From assembly GCA_002269645.1 (NCBI GenBank), contig NIVC01000127.1, positions 124,001-188,000 of the forward strand: a DNA stretch of 64,000 nucleotides. The letters run 5' to 3'. Made by a program: the position numbers and the translations under genes. A model generated the notes under the pieces. That model worked only from the letters and a program-made list of their open reading frames with translations, did no database searches and was not told where the DNA came from. The DNA comes from Macrostomum lignano (lineage: Eukaryota). This document shows positions 37,846-62,766 of the stretch, piece by piece. Each line of letters opens with the position of its first letter. Position 1 is the stretch's first letter.

Positions 37846-38319
37846 AGCACTGACGAACATAGGTGGCTGAGACTGCTCTGTACTTATTCGGCGGTGTGAA
37901 TCTGGTTGTAGTGGAGAATCTGGGGGGGGGGGGGCACGTATTGATAGCAAGCGCCATTCAAAGGAAAAAGGAGATACACCCCCATGAAAGAGTCTGCAGA
38001 TGATTAAGAAGATGTTGAAGGCAAAAGGGAATATGGAAAGATTATATTGTAGCCAGTTTTCCCTTTCATCTTTAACTGATTCTGCAGCATCCCGAGAGTC
38101 CGCCGCATCTCTGAGAGCATTCCCCTAGGGCGGATTAGACTTTGGGAATATCTGAGTGCTGCTTTGCCGTGCCCTGTGTCCATAGGGATCGGGGCGATTC
38201 CCTGTGCCTAAGATTTACTAATGCTGGCCTATGCGAGCAGTGGGTAGCTGCTCATGGAGAGAGACGGGGTTTGAGAGCTGAGTCTTAATTAAACGGAAAA
38301 TGATATCAGATCTCCGCAT

Positions 38320-39585
38320 ATCTCAGGTGAATGCACCTCATCTATCTCAGGTGGATCTGAATTCCCTTCATCTATCTCAGGTGGATCTGAATTCCCTTCA
38401 TCTATCTCAGGTGGATCTGAATTCCCTTCATCTATCTCAGGTGGATCTGAATTCCCTTCATCTATCTCAGGTGGATCTGAATTCCCTTCATCTATCTCAG
38501 GTGGATCTGAATTCCCTTCATCTATCTCAGGTGAATGCACCTCATCTATCTCAGGTGGATCTGAACTCCCTTCATCTATCTCCAGATGGATCTGAATTCC
38601 CTTCATCTATCTCCAGATGGATCTGAATTCCCTTCATCTATCTCAGGTGGATCTGAATTCCCTTCATCTATCTCCAGATGGATCTGAATTCCCTTCATCT
38701 ATCTCAGGTAGATCTGAATTCCCTTCATCTATCTCAGGTAGATCTGAATTCCCTTCATCTATCTCAGGTGGATCTGAATTCCCTTCATCTATCTCAGGTA
38801 GATCTGAATTCCCTTCATCTATCTCAGGTGGATCTGAATTTCCTTTATCTATCTCAGGTAGATCTGAATTCCCTTCATCTATCTCAGGTGGATCTGAAGT
38901 CCCTTCATCTATCTCAGGTGGATCTGAATTCCCTTCATCTATCTCAGGTGGATCTGAATTCCCTTCATCTATCTCAGGTGGATCTGAATTCCCTTCATCT
39001 ATCTCAGGTGGATCTGAATTCCCTTCATCTATCTCAGGTGAATGCACCTCATCTATCTCAGGTGGATCTGAATTCCCTTCATCTATCTCCAGATGGATCT
39101 GAATTCCCTTCATCTATCTCAGGTGAATGCACCTCATCTATCTCAGGTGGATCTGAATTCCCTTCATCTATCTCCAGATGGATCTGAATTCCCTTCATCT
39201 ATCTCAGGTGGATCTGAATTCCCTTCATCTATCTCAGGTGAATGCACCTCATCTATCTCAGGTGGATCTGAATTCCCTTCATCTATCTCCAGATGGATCT
39301 GAATTCCCTTCATCTATCTCCAGATGGATCTGAATTCCCTTCATCTATCTCCAGATGGATCTGAATTCCCTTCATCTATCTCCAGATGGATCTGAATTCC
39401 CTTCATCTATCTCCAGATGGATCTGAATTCCCTTCATCTATCTCCAGATGGATCTGAATTCCCTTCATCTATCTCAGGTAGATCTGAATTCCCTTCATCT
39501 ATCTCAGGTGGATCTGAATTCCCTTCATCTATCTCAGGTGGATCTGAATTCCCTTCATCTATCTCCAGATGGATCTGAATTCCCC
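38320..39585. repeat. 30-bp minisatellite (CATCTATCTCAGGTGGATCTGAATTCCCTT) with 24- and 31-bp variants, about 42 units
   Basis: Direct periodicity; it explains the PPEIDEGNSD ORFs. Confidence 0.95.
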
Positions 39586-40146
39586 AGGCACATATCTCAT
39601 GTGAAATTGCATCCATTCTATTCGCTGTACTAAGTTGACCTAAAATAGCTTAAGGAAACTATTAAAGCTTTTACTAGCACCCCATTCACCTGCCGCTTTA
39701 CCTACGCGAAAGCGTTCTATTGGCTGACTAACGTGTAGCATTTGTGTTTCTGCAGGCCGCTCCTCATTGGCTGACAGACAGCGGCTCAGGCTCGAAGGCA
39801 ATCATAAAGAGAACTGTTTTTAGCCCCGCTATTAATCCCACTTCTGCAGCATAGTTGATCGATTTTTTTCGAGCTAACTCGCAGAAGTTTTTTCCACTTT
39901 GAAAGCGCTCCCGCAAAGCAATGCTAATACAGGTGTGAAATCAATGCGAATGTGAAGCAATAACGCTTCTGCTGGCTTCCGCAAGCAACTACTGAACTGC
40001 ATCGAGTGGATCAGTGTGAGTTCCTATCGGACTTTCTGTAGACACTGGGGATTTCACCGTGTGAAAAGTACAGTTTTTGTAGAGTGACTAAAAGAAGTGA
40101 AAAGTTGTTATATTCGGGTGTCAAACAAGTGATCTACTACACCAAT

Positions 40147-40625
40147 CTTCACTCCTCCTTGTCACTCTCCTGACCCCCGTTGTCCCTAATTGATAACCAC
40201 TATAATCACTCTTCACTCCCCCTTGTCACTCTCTTGACTCCCGTTGTCCCTAATTGATAACCACTATAATCACTCTTCACTCCTTCTTGCCACTCTCTTG
40301 ACTCCCGTTGTCCCTAATTGATAACCACTATAATCACTCTTCACTCCTTCTTGCCACTCTCTTGACTCCCGTTGTCCCTAATTGATAACCACTATAATCA
40401 CTTTTCACTCCTTCTTGTCACTCTCTTGACCCCTTGTCACAATTTAAAACCACTATAATCACTCTTCACTCCTCCTTGTCACTCTCTTGACCCAGAGTGT
40501 CGCTAGTGACAAATGGAGGTCAGGAGAGTGAGTGACAAGCAGGAGTGAAGAATGACTAGTGGTTGTCAATAGTGACAATGGGGGTCAAGAGAGTGATAAG
40601 CAGGAGTGAGAGAGTGACTATACGG
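40147..40625. repeat. 64-bp tandem repeat (about 5.5 copies) followed by an inverted degenerate arm
   Basis: Period 64 (40147, 40211 and onward). The segment 40505-40625 (GAGAGTGACAAG..GGAGTGAAG) is the reverse complement of the unit. Confidence 0.8.
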
Positions 40626-41349
40626 TTAGTGCTTACTAGTGCGAGGAAGCCTGCAAGTATCCAACAGTTACGAGCCAGCAGCCCTGGGATTCAAAATGCA
40701 CTAAAAAAGACTGCAAATTGTAATCGACAATACAGTGGGACAAACGCATTAAAGTGATTGAACAATCTTCCACCGCTCTGCCAGGCCTCTCCTCCTCCTC
40801 TGTATAACCCATGATCGGTGCTTGATACACGGTGTGGGAATCTCCCTCTCGCTAATCCCAACTGAACTGCACATAACTGAGCTTGAGCAAGTCATTCAAA
40901 GCTCGTCTGAAGAAGGTGAAAACGCAATACGAAACGCACAAGCACACTGAAGGAACTGAACGGAGCCACCCCCCTTAGCTCGTACTCGCTCTCTGTCTGC
41001 CTGACCGCCTCCTTACTCTATATGACTACTTCCTTACCTTTCTGTATAACTCGCCCTTGCCTCTAATCAGGGTCTGAGTCAGGAATCTCTAAGCCGAAGG
41101 AATTTCTTTGCTCTTCAACGTTGCGCCGTTTTTTCTCTTCTCAATCTCTCTCCCTTTGCGTCTGCGTGGGTACCGAACGGGAGAGCTGGGGGGGAGGGGA
41201 TTGACAGCTTCGAGGAGCGTACTTTACAGCTAATGCCGGCCTGTAAACGCCACTTGTCTCTCCTAACTTTACTGTGTGGTAACCGACTGCCCATTTTAAA
41301 AGTCTGTGATATCCAGTTTCAGCGACCCTGAAGTTGTTTGGCCTTCAAA

Positions 41350-41625
41350 GTGACCGTTCCTGAAGTTGTCTGTACTTCGAGGTTATCCCGAAGTTGTTTG
41401 TCTGTACTTCGAGGTTATCCCGAAGTTGTTTGTCTGTACTTCGAGGTTATCCTGAAGTTGTTTGTCTGTACTTCGAGGTTATCCTGAAGTTGTTTGTCTG
41501 TACTTCGAGGTTATCCCGAAGTTGTTTGTCTGTACTTCGAGGTTATCCCGAAGTTGTTTGTCTGTACTTCGAGGTTATCCTGAAGTTGTTTGTCTGTACT
41601 TGAGACTGTTCTGAAGTTGTTTGTT
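41350..41625. repeat. 32-bp minisatellite (GAAGTTGTTTGTCTGTACTTCGAGGTTATCCY), about 7 copies
   Basis: Period 32. Confidence 0.9.
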
Positions 41626-42160
41626 TCTGAAAATATCTGTATTTGAGGATGTCTGTACCTGAATTTCCCCAGCCTGAAGTACATGATTAAATCAGCTCAA
41701 ACTAAGTCAGCTTTTCAACATCAATGAATAATTTTCGCCCTTTCCCTTATGCTTTCTATTAAATCTTGAAGATGTTTGTCCTGGATATGTACAATGTCTG
41801 ATTCGCCTTGAGTAGATAGACTCAAGCCCAAAGTAGACGCAGTTCGTGCAGCATTTATCAAAGCAGACGGGTATATAAATTTTGTAATTAGCTGAGACAA
41901 AATTGCTGCGGTAGGCAGCAGAGAACAGTATCCATGCCCCCCCGTGCTCTGCGAGATTTTGATTGACCATCTTGGTTTGTTGTTGCAGAAGAAGAGATGG
42001 CCTGGGGAGGTAAGCTGAGCACAGATGAGCACAGATGCTCACTTAAGTTAAGCGAATGCGAGCCACCCACTGCGATTTGTTGTAGCCAAACTGGGCTCCG
42101 GGGAACTGGTAAAATTGCAGTAAATTTCATTGCGCTTTGAGGCTAAACTTTTCAGTCTGT

Positions 42161-43005
42161 CATAATCTGACAACAGACAATCTGACAACAGACAATCTGA
42201 CAACAGACAATCTGACAACAGACAATCTGACAACAGACAATCTGACAACAGACAATCTGACAACAGACAATCTGACAACAGACAATCTGACAACAGACAA
42301 TCTGACAACAGACAATCTGACAACAGACAATCTGACAACAGACAATCTGACAACAGACAATCTGACAACAGACAATCTGACAACTGACAATCTGACAACA
42401 GACAATCTGACAACTGACAATCTGACAACAGACAATCTGACAACTGACAATCTGACAACTGACAATCTGACAACAGACAATCTAACAACAGACAATCTGA
42501 CAACTGACAATCTGACAACTGACAATCTGACAACAGACAATCTAACAACAGACAATCTGACAACTGACAATCTGACAACTGACAATCTGACAACAGACAA
42601 TCTGACAACAGACAATCTGACAACAGACAATCTGACAACAGACAATCTGACAACAGACAATCTGACAACAGACAATCTGACAACAGACAATCTGACAACT
42701 GACAATCTGACAACTGACAACTGACAATCTGACAACTGACAATCTGACAACAGACAATCTAACAACAGACAATCTGACAACTGACAATCTGACAACTGAC
42801 AATCTGACAACAGACAATCTAACAACAGACAATCTGACAACTGACAATCTGACAACTGACAATCTGACAACAGACAATCTAACAACAGACAATCTGACAA
42901 CTGACAATCTGACAACTGACAATCTGACAACAGACAATCTGACAACAGACAATCTGACAACAGACAATCTGACAACAGACAATCTGACAACAGACAATCT
43001 GACAG
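42161..43005. repeat. 15-bp minisatellite (GACAATCTGACAACA), about 56 units
   Basis: Direct periodicity. Confidence 0.97.
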
Positions 43006-43602
43006 CTGATGTTGCTAATCAGATATTGCAGATGAAAACTAAACAAAGATCTAAGAATAACATCGAAGCACTATCGATTAGGATATTGAACTGATTAATT
43101 TCCAAGAAAACCTTTACAGGAAATCCGCGCAGTTTAAATTTCAAAAGATTACACGCGAAACTCGATGCCCGAAGCGGATGGGGCGGGGCGGGGTGGGCGG
43201 GCTCGAATGAAAAATATTGAATTCAATTTGCGCTGGGGCAGCGATAAGGCTTCCCGTTGCGCGTGCCCGATAGCAGACTCCGAGTTGGTGAAGCAGGATA
43301 AAAAGAAACACGTGGCTTCGTTGCTCCTTCATTCCTGCCGGCTGAGGGGGAGGCCCGATGCTAAGGAACAGCTGAAGAGGATCATTCTCCCCGCGATCCC
43401 GAGCCTCAGCCAGCTATAGGACTTCCCTTCACTAGCGGCTAATGGCAACTTAATCCGCAACCGCCGGGTGCTTCCGCCTGCTGAGTTGCCTGCTCTCCAC
43501 CTCTCTCCCGCTTTCACTCTCAGCAGGTTGCCTCCTTGTGCCTTACACAGATTAAAACTGAATTCACTAGGCCTCTCTGCAGTAATCTCGATCCTCACTC
43601 GT

Positions 43603-43860
43603 CTGTCACCCTCTCCACTGCCTGTCACCCTCTCCACTGCCTGTCACCCTCTCCACTGCCTGTCACCCTCTCCACTGCCTGTCACCCTCTCCACTGCCTG
43701 TCACCCTCTCCACTGCCTGTCACCTCTCCACTGCCTGTCACCTCTCCACTGCCTGTCACCCTCTCTACTGCCTGTCACCCTCTCCACTGCCTGTCACCCT
43801 CTCCACTGCCTGTCACCCTCTCCACTGCCTGTCACCCTCCCTCCACTGCCTGTCATCCTC
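43603..43860. repeat. 19-bp minisatellite (CTGTCACCCTCTCCACTGC), about 13 copies
   Basis: Direct periodicity. Confidence 0.93.
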
Positions 43861-44470
43861 TCCTCTTCTCTGCCATTCATTTTTGTGACTTTTGTATCAC
43901 AGATTTAACTCAAACGCTAGCAAACTTTATTTGTCAATCAAGTTATAGTTTAATACCCGCTATATACTACTTAGTAGAGACGTAATCAACTTCGTTATTG
44001 TAATCTTTAGCAATGTAATCACCCGTTGCCATGCAGTTGGGGTAAATAGAAAATGGCTGTATCCAATTTAAGCATATGAAGAGGTGCTTTGTGTAAATCT
44101 TAAGCCAGTTGATCATCGCTTTTAATATCGCGATAGTTTACATGAAATACCCCACCTATATTGCTTTGCGCGGCCAACTCAAATTTCCCAAGTTCTTAAA
44201 AGTGGCTTTACGAAAAAATTAAGTTTAGAAGGTGGAAGCTGGGCCTTTTTAATTTAATATTGTCTCCCAGGCTGGGCCAGCCCTCCCATGGAGATGCCAT
44301 CTTCTCATCAGTCACGCCCGGAAAGATGCAGAATGCAATGTGCTGGGCTGCTTTCATTGTGTCGTCACGGACTGCAGAGTCAGAATAGGGAGCCTGGGTG
44401 ATGAAGGGTGATGGTGGGAGTCAGTGCAACTTGCTTTGCTTCTCTAAAGCCGCTGAGTTAGACAGATAAT

Positions 44471-47619
<3,149 letters not shown>

Positions 47620-48029
47620 GGTCAATCTTGCCCTCTCCCCACCCACTCATCCTGCCCAGGTGGGGTGGAGAGCACTGATGAAGAGGAAGCTGCCAAGTCC
47701 ACTTCCTGTCAAGGCCCCAGAACCGCAGCCATTTATTGCCCGCTGTTCCCATAGAACATCCACTTAGCCAGGGATTTGCGGGCTAACTGGTTAATTATCG
47801 AGACTCAGCAGTTCCCCAGGCCTGAGCTGGAGTCCTCCTGGCAAATGGAAATCAGCAGATTAATATTGATTCGCCAAAATGCATCACATAGTATAATGCC
47901 TACATGCTTTCCCGGCTGGAATACGACAGAGAGAGCACAGTAATAATTTTAATGATTGCTAAAGCACTGCTTTGCTTTGTAACATTTGGAAACAGAGTCA
48001 AAGTAATAAGCATAGTCAATGATTGATGA

Positions 48030-48695
48030 TGTCAATAGCGCCAAGCTGATATCAGTGGCGCCAAATGGCTGTCAATAGCGCCAAGCTGATATCAGTGGTG
48101 CCAATTGGCTGTCAATAGCGCCAAGCTGATATCAGTGGTGCCAATTGGCTGTCAATAGCGCGAGATGGCTGTCGATGGCGCCAAGCTGATATCAGTGGCG
48201 CCAAATGGCTGTCGATGGCGCCAAGCTGATATCAGTGGTGCCAATTGGCTGTCAATAGCGCGAGATGGCTGTCGATGGCGCCAAGCTGATATCAGTGGCG
48301 CCAAATGGCTGTCGATGGCGCCAAGCTGATATCAGTGGTGCCAATTGGCTATCAATAGCGCGAGATGGCTGTCGATGGCGCCAAGCTGATATCAGTGGTG
48401 CCAATTGGCTATCAATAGCGCGAGATGGCTGTCGATGGCGCCAAGCTGATATAAGTGGCGCCAAATGGCTGTCGATGGCGCCCAATGGTTGTCAATAGCG
48501 CCAAATGGCTGTAGATGGCACCAAGCTGATATCAGTGGCGCCAAATGGCTGTCAATAGCGCCCAGCTGATATCAGCGGCGCCAAATGGCTGTCAATAGCG
48601 CCCAGCTGATATCAGCGGCGCCAAATGGCTGTCAATAGCGCCCAGCTGATATCAGCGGCGCCAAATGGCTGTCAATAGCGCCCAGCTGATATCAG
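48030..48695. repeat. 40-bp minisatellite with a palindromic unit (GTCAATAGCGCCAAGCTGATATCAGTGGCGCCAAATGGCT) and 20-bp half-units
   Basis: Direct periodicity; internal dyad GCGCC..GCTGATATCAG(C)..GGCGC. Confidence 0.92.
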
Positions 48696-50726
48696 CTCGT
48701 AGTGCCGATTATCCAGGCTAACATCATGGCATTTATGAGCAAAGCCAGTAGCAGTGGACAAACAGCAGGACAAAGTCCAATTCAATCCCATGATTAACAG
48801 GACACAATAGCGCCTGACATTCGCATCGCATATTGTCCAGCCCGTGACCCGCCATCCAGCGCCACATATTGAATTGAATCACACAGAGAGACAGGACCGC
48901 AGAGGCAAAATGTCAGCCTCTAGAAGAAGAGTATTGAAGCCATGCTGTGGGGCCGCAGCTGTGCTCAATAGGATTAAGCAGAAATCCTAGCTGGCAGTTT
49001 ATTCTCATAATCTCAAGTCCAGAGAGGAACTCAATTCCCGCCGCATCCTGCCCGAGCAAACAGGCAGGCCTGTCTCACCTCAGTCTCATATCTCCTGTTT
49101 TCGAGTCAGCAGATAAAACACATCCCTAAATATTTGATCTGCTTCGCCACCTCTTGTAGGTCAGACCCTACTCAGACTCCTTGCAGCCATTGGGACTACT
49201 TCAGCTTCCATTGGAGCAGTTGATTTTTTTGCCCAGCTAGTAATAATCAGGGTTCCTGTCACGCTTCGCGTCCCGCATGAAGCATCCCGACAACAATAAA
49301 GCCACCACCCCCCTACTGGATGCCTAGCAGAGGATGCTGGTTGAGATTGGGCTCAATTTGAACAGATGAGGAGGCCTGCTATAGAAAGATGTGAGTGACT
49401 TTTTTCTCTTTGAGTAGCAGCAGCAGCAGCAGCAGCAGGACACGCCACTTCCTGCACTTTGGGAGCGTGCCTTCCGGTTGCCAGGCGGGCTAGAGAGAGA
49501 GGAGGGCAGGTGGGCTGAGAGGCGAGGCCATAGGTGGGGTAACCCTGCCAGCCTCATCCGGAGCTGCAGCTTCCGTTTCTCGAGGCCATTCAGCTGAGCT
49601 CAAGAGCCCCCGGCCTTGGAGTTGGGGATGCTGAGCAGCAGTGCTCATGGCGCAATTTCGAAAGAAGGCTCAACTCAAACTCAGACTGAAAAAGCTTCTG
49701 GAGCCAACGGGGCTTTACTATCAATATAGCTTGCGGGGGGGGGCGGCTTTCCCCTCATGCTTCAAGAACTTCCTGGCTCCCCAGCCCCGTGACAGCGCTA
49801 ATGAGGCCGGGCCACTGACTGAGGGGGAGGCAGGGGGGGGGAGATCGTAAAGACTGCGCTCTCGCCAAGAATCTCATCTCCAGAATCCCCCATCATATCT
49901 TTTCAATCCCCTCTGCCCCCGCCAGCACCGCCGTGATGTCACATCCCATCACTGCGGATAGTGGCTTCCCAGCGTCTCGTTCCCCAGCCTCCGCTCTTCA
50001 TCGAGAGCGCGGAGATTTCCGAGGGATTTCTGGCCAGCTACGGGGGAAAATAAAGAGTGGAGAAGACAGGCGGAGAGCTGGGGGCCCGGCGATAAAATCT
50101 GCTAATTCCAGCGGCCACGATATGGGGAGGAAGGAGGAGTTTTCTCTTTTTGTTTATTCTTGCCTCCCCAGTCTCTAAATCCCCATCCCGCGGCGGCAGG
50201 GCGAATGAGGGAGACTTTTTTGATCCGTGGGATTATAAAGGCTTCACTGCTGCTCCCACCCCAATCCCTCATTTCTGTCTCTTCAATTCATTTCCCCATT
50301 ATAAATCAAGAACTGCGGCTAGCAAATGAAGTTAGTGAAAGCTCCGCGCTGCGCTCAAAAAGGAAGTTGCCATGGCGGTTGGAGGGGGGGGCACGGGGGG
50401 CTCTAAGCCGGTTGTTTCTGAGCCGCTCAGCATCCGGCTGCTGCATCGCTTCTGAGATTGTCCCGTTTCTTTTTTATTTGGGAAGACTTCGGAGCCAGGG
50501 CGATTCGATTCCTCGCGTGGCCGCATCAATTTGAGGCTTGGGCTTACCTGGCCTGGGGGTTTGCGTGCAACTCACAGCCGTGAGGGCCAACCTGTGAAGT
50601 GTACATGCCTGATGATTAGAAAGACAGGACCGATGTACACCCTATGTGAGCGTGTGTGTGAGTGCGTGGCTGCGTACGAATCCGTGTGGGTGCTCACTGG
50701 CTGCGGTTCCACTGTCGCACTGATCG

Positions 50727-51920
50727 GAGAGTCAGATTTGGCTATTTAGAGTCAGATTTGGGTATTTAGAGTCAGATTTGGCTATTTAGAGTCAGATTTG
50801 GGTATTTAGAGTAAGATTTTGGGTATTTAGAGTCAGATTTTGGTATTTAGAGTCAGATTTAGGTATTTATTAGAGTCGGATTTGGGTATCTAGAGTAAGA
50901 TTTTGGGTATTTAGAGTCAGATTTGGGTATTTAGAGTCAGATTTAGGTATTTATTAGAGTCGGATTTGGGTATCTAGAGTAAGATTTTGGGTATTTAGAG
51001 TCAGATTTTGGTATTTAGAGTCAGATGTAGGTGTTTATTAGAGTCGGATTTGGGTATCTAGAGTAAGATTTTGGGTATTTAGAGTCAGATTTGGGTATTT
51101 AGAGTCAGATTTGGGTATTTAGAGTCAGATTTTGGGTATTTAGAGTCAGATTTTGGTATTTAGAGTCAGATTTAGGTATTTATTAGAGTCGGATTTGGGT
51201 ATCTAGAGTAAGATTTTGGGTATTTAGAGTCAGATTTGGGTATTTAGAGTCAGATTTGGGTATTTAGAGTCAGATTTTGGGTATTTAGAGTCAGATTTTG
51301 GTATTTAGAGTCAGATTTAGGTATTTATTAGAGTCGGATTTGGGTATCTAGAGTAAGATTTTGGGTATTTAGAGTCAGATTTGGCTATTTAGAGTCAGAT
51401 TTAGGTATTTATTAGAGTCGGATTTGGGTATCTAGAGTAAGATTTTGGGTATTTAGAGTCAGATTTGGGTATTTAGAGTCAGATTTAGGTATTTATTAGA
51501 GTCGGATTTGGGTATCTAGAGTAAGATTTTGGGTATTTAGAGTCAGATTTGGGTATTTAGAGTCAGATTTGGCTATTTAGAGTCAGATTTGGCTATTTAG
51601 AGTCAGATTTGGGTATTTAGAGTCAGATTTGGGTATTTAAAGTCAGATTTGGGTTTTTAAAGTCAGATTTGGCTATCTAGAGTCAGATTTTGGGTATTTA
51701 GAGCCAGATTTGGGTATTTAGAGACAGATTTTGGGTATTTAGAGTCAGATTTAGGTATTTAGAGACAGATTCGGGTATTTAGAGTCAGATTTGAGTATTT
51801 AGAGTCAGATTTGGGTATTTAGAGTCAGATTTGGGTATCTAGAGTCAGATTTGGGTATTTAGACTCAGATTTAGATATTTATAGATTCAGATTTAGATAT
51901 TTAGAGTCATATTTAGGTAT
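50727..51920. repeat. 20-24-bp minisatellite (TTTAGAGTCAGATTTGGGTA), about 57 units, with higher-order blocks
   Basis: Direct periodicity; the TTTATTAGAGTCGG..TCTAGAGTAAG cassette recurs 7 times. Confidence 0.95.
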
Positions 51921-52707
51921 TTGAGGTCAGATACTGGCATTTCGTAGATTCAGATTAGTTTTTTTTATTAGAGTTTGTCTTTGAGTTTCAGCTTCCTGCA
52001 TTTTCATGTCCAAACCATCCCAGGCTCTAAAAGCAGTATAAAAAGGTCCCCCGTTACGAGTACCAGAAAAGTTTTTCCCAGAAAAATCAGGAGAGTCGGA
52101 CACGGACAGCCGTGTCAGCAGAAGCTCGCAAGCGCATCAAAAAGCAGCAGTTTGCGATGACAGCTAAAAACGGCCACCCTGGGCCCTACCCTAATCTACC
52201 TACCCTGAATAGCAGCCATCGCAGTGGATTTCGGGTCAGGAAAGGCCCGCTGTTCACTTCGCACCGTCAGGCCGTGTATGGGTGTGGGGTGGGGGACATG
52301 CGGCCTGGCGATATTGGGATTCGGGATCTTGCATCGCCCCCTGTCCTGGTTGGTCGTCGCCCGGATCCCCTATGCCGAAGCAGACTCGTTGGTGCGATCT
52401 TGCGGGGAAGCCCCCGTCCGCCATTCATTCATCCATCCCGCATCCCCCTTGTGCTTTGCGTCCCCCTCTTCAACTCCGCAACTCCCTTCCCCTAGAAGCA
52501 GCAGATTTACCTTAATAACCGAGAAACTCCCGATCCCCCCCGTCCACCGCAGCTCTGGCCCCGCCTCCATACCGAACGAAGCCGCGCACATCTGCAGACC
52601 CTGACGGACACCAGCAGCTGCTGTTCAAGAAGTTTCTATCGGCAAGTGAGAGAGAGAGAGAAAGCGAGAGAAATCTGCAACGTTAGCTGCAACAGGCTTG
52701 TCTGCTT

Positions 52708-61153
<8,446 letters not shown>

Positions 61154-61819
61154 TTGGAGAGAAATTGTCGGCGCAATAGTCAATGGCTAGCTAACCATTT
61201 TACTGCTTTTCCTGTTTCAATGCCTGAATGATTTTTTTCTCGAACCAAGGCTCCCACCGTTTTCCGTGCAGTGAATACAGCTGTAACACTTGCTTGCCTG
61301 TGTTTTGTCCAACTAAATGCAAGGACTTGTTTGTGCCCCTTCATCTATTAAATCTGAGTTAGCTAACAATGCTAATATTACTACTCAATGTTTGTTAACA
61401 AAGTAGCAATGCTTGCATTTTAATCGCCTCCATACACTGTATATCAGCAGTGCAGAGGAACAGCTTTTCCTTCTGGAATTCTATATCGATTTGTAAGCGA
61501 AATTAGGATTCTGAAATTCGGAATTTCAGAATGAGTCGAGAGCTGCTGCTGAGCCACCGACGTCCCCTGCTCATTCTCTAGCGAGTCGGAGGCAACTTCT
61601 ACAGATCTCTTTTTGTGCGGGCGATGTCGGTCTTGCCATTCTGCACAGGAAATGAACTTTATTTGCTTGATCTGCTTCGCTTGCATTAGTGTAGACTGCT
61701 TGCTAATTTTGCTTGTCCTACTTTCTGAGCCACAGATGCTTGGACTTAGGACTCTCTACTCGTTTGACAAAATCGTTTCCCAAGCTTCTATTCAGTACTC
61801 AGTGAAGAATGCGGTTCTG

Positions 61820-62247
61820 TGTGGGTGAGGAAGGGCAATAAAACTGGGCTAAAACAGACTGGGTGAGGAAGGGCAATAAAACTGGGTTAAAACGGACTGT
61901 TTGGGTGAGGAAGGGCAATAAAACTGGGCTAAAACAGACTGTATGGATGAGGAAGGGCAATAAAACTAGGCTAAAACAGACTGTATGGGTGAGGAAGGGC
62001 AATAAAACTGGGCTAAAACAGACTTTATGGATGAGGAAGGGCAATAAAACTGGGCTAAAACAGACTGTATGGGTGAGGAAGGGCAATTTGGCTAAAACAG
62101 ACTGTTTGGGTGAGGAAGGGCAATAAAACTGGGCTAAACAGACTGCTTGGGTGGGGAAGGGCAATAAAACTGGGCTAAACAGACTGCTTGGGTGAGGAAG
62201 GGCAATAAAACTGGGCTAAAACAGACTGTTTGGGTGAGGTAGGGCAA
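61820..62247. repeat. About 42-bp minisatellite (TGGGTGAGGAAGGGCAATAAAACTGGGCTAAAACAGACTGT), about 10 copies, downstream of PCBP
   Basis: 14-aa periodicity in the ORF track; AATAAA in 9 units. Confidence 0.93.
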
Positions 62248-62766
62248 TTATATATTTGGTAAAATCGATTTTTTCCAAGAGACTATCACGTGACAAATTT
62301 TGTGACCAGTGTTGCAATAATGTACATTTCGTGGCCGCGACAGGATGAATGTACGCGGCTTGACCTTAAAGCTGTATAGATGGGCAATAAAAAGGGGGTT
62401 TGCTCGCGCAAAAGCAATTAAATACAGAGTACTATGGGGTGACGTATTTATTTATAATAGCTAGGTTTGATGCCAGTCAGGATAAAGTTGATCAAAACAG
62501 AAAACAGTCATTTACAGGATCGGAGAAATTTTTGGCGAATCAATTTTCAACTTAATTACAGTTATTAACTGCTTTGCTCCCGACTATGTACATAACTTGG
62601 CTATCGCGTCAACGATGCTCTGTATTAGGTTATTTTTTGCTATTGAATATTATTAGGACTCTGAATGTTTAAATTAAAAAATACAGAGATTAATGTCATT
62701 AAAATCATTTTTCGAATTCTAGTCTGTTTGATTTATAGTTTAATAAATTAAACTAATTGTATCCAG

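Noticed and set aside
48030-48695. CRISPR-like appearance (palindromic repeat with linkers); also the ACCGGT-containing array at 20361-21080
   Set aside because: The linkers are near-identical rather than unique spacers, there are no cas genes, and the context is eukaryotic.
62518-62630. Peptide IFNLITVIN..YVHNLAIASTMLCI resembling GPCR TM1/TM2 upstream of the GPCR remnant
   Set aside because: It lacks the conserved GN and D residues, its AT-rich codon usage differs from the GPCR exon, and the donor is weak. The region looks more like a TE fragment.
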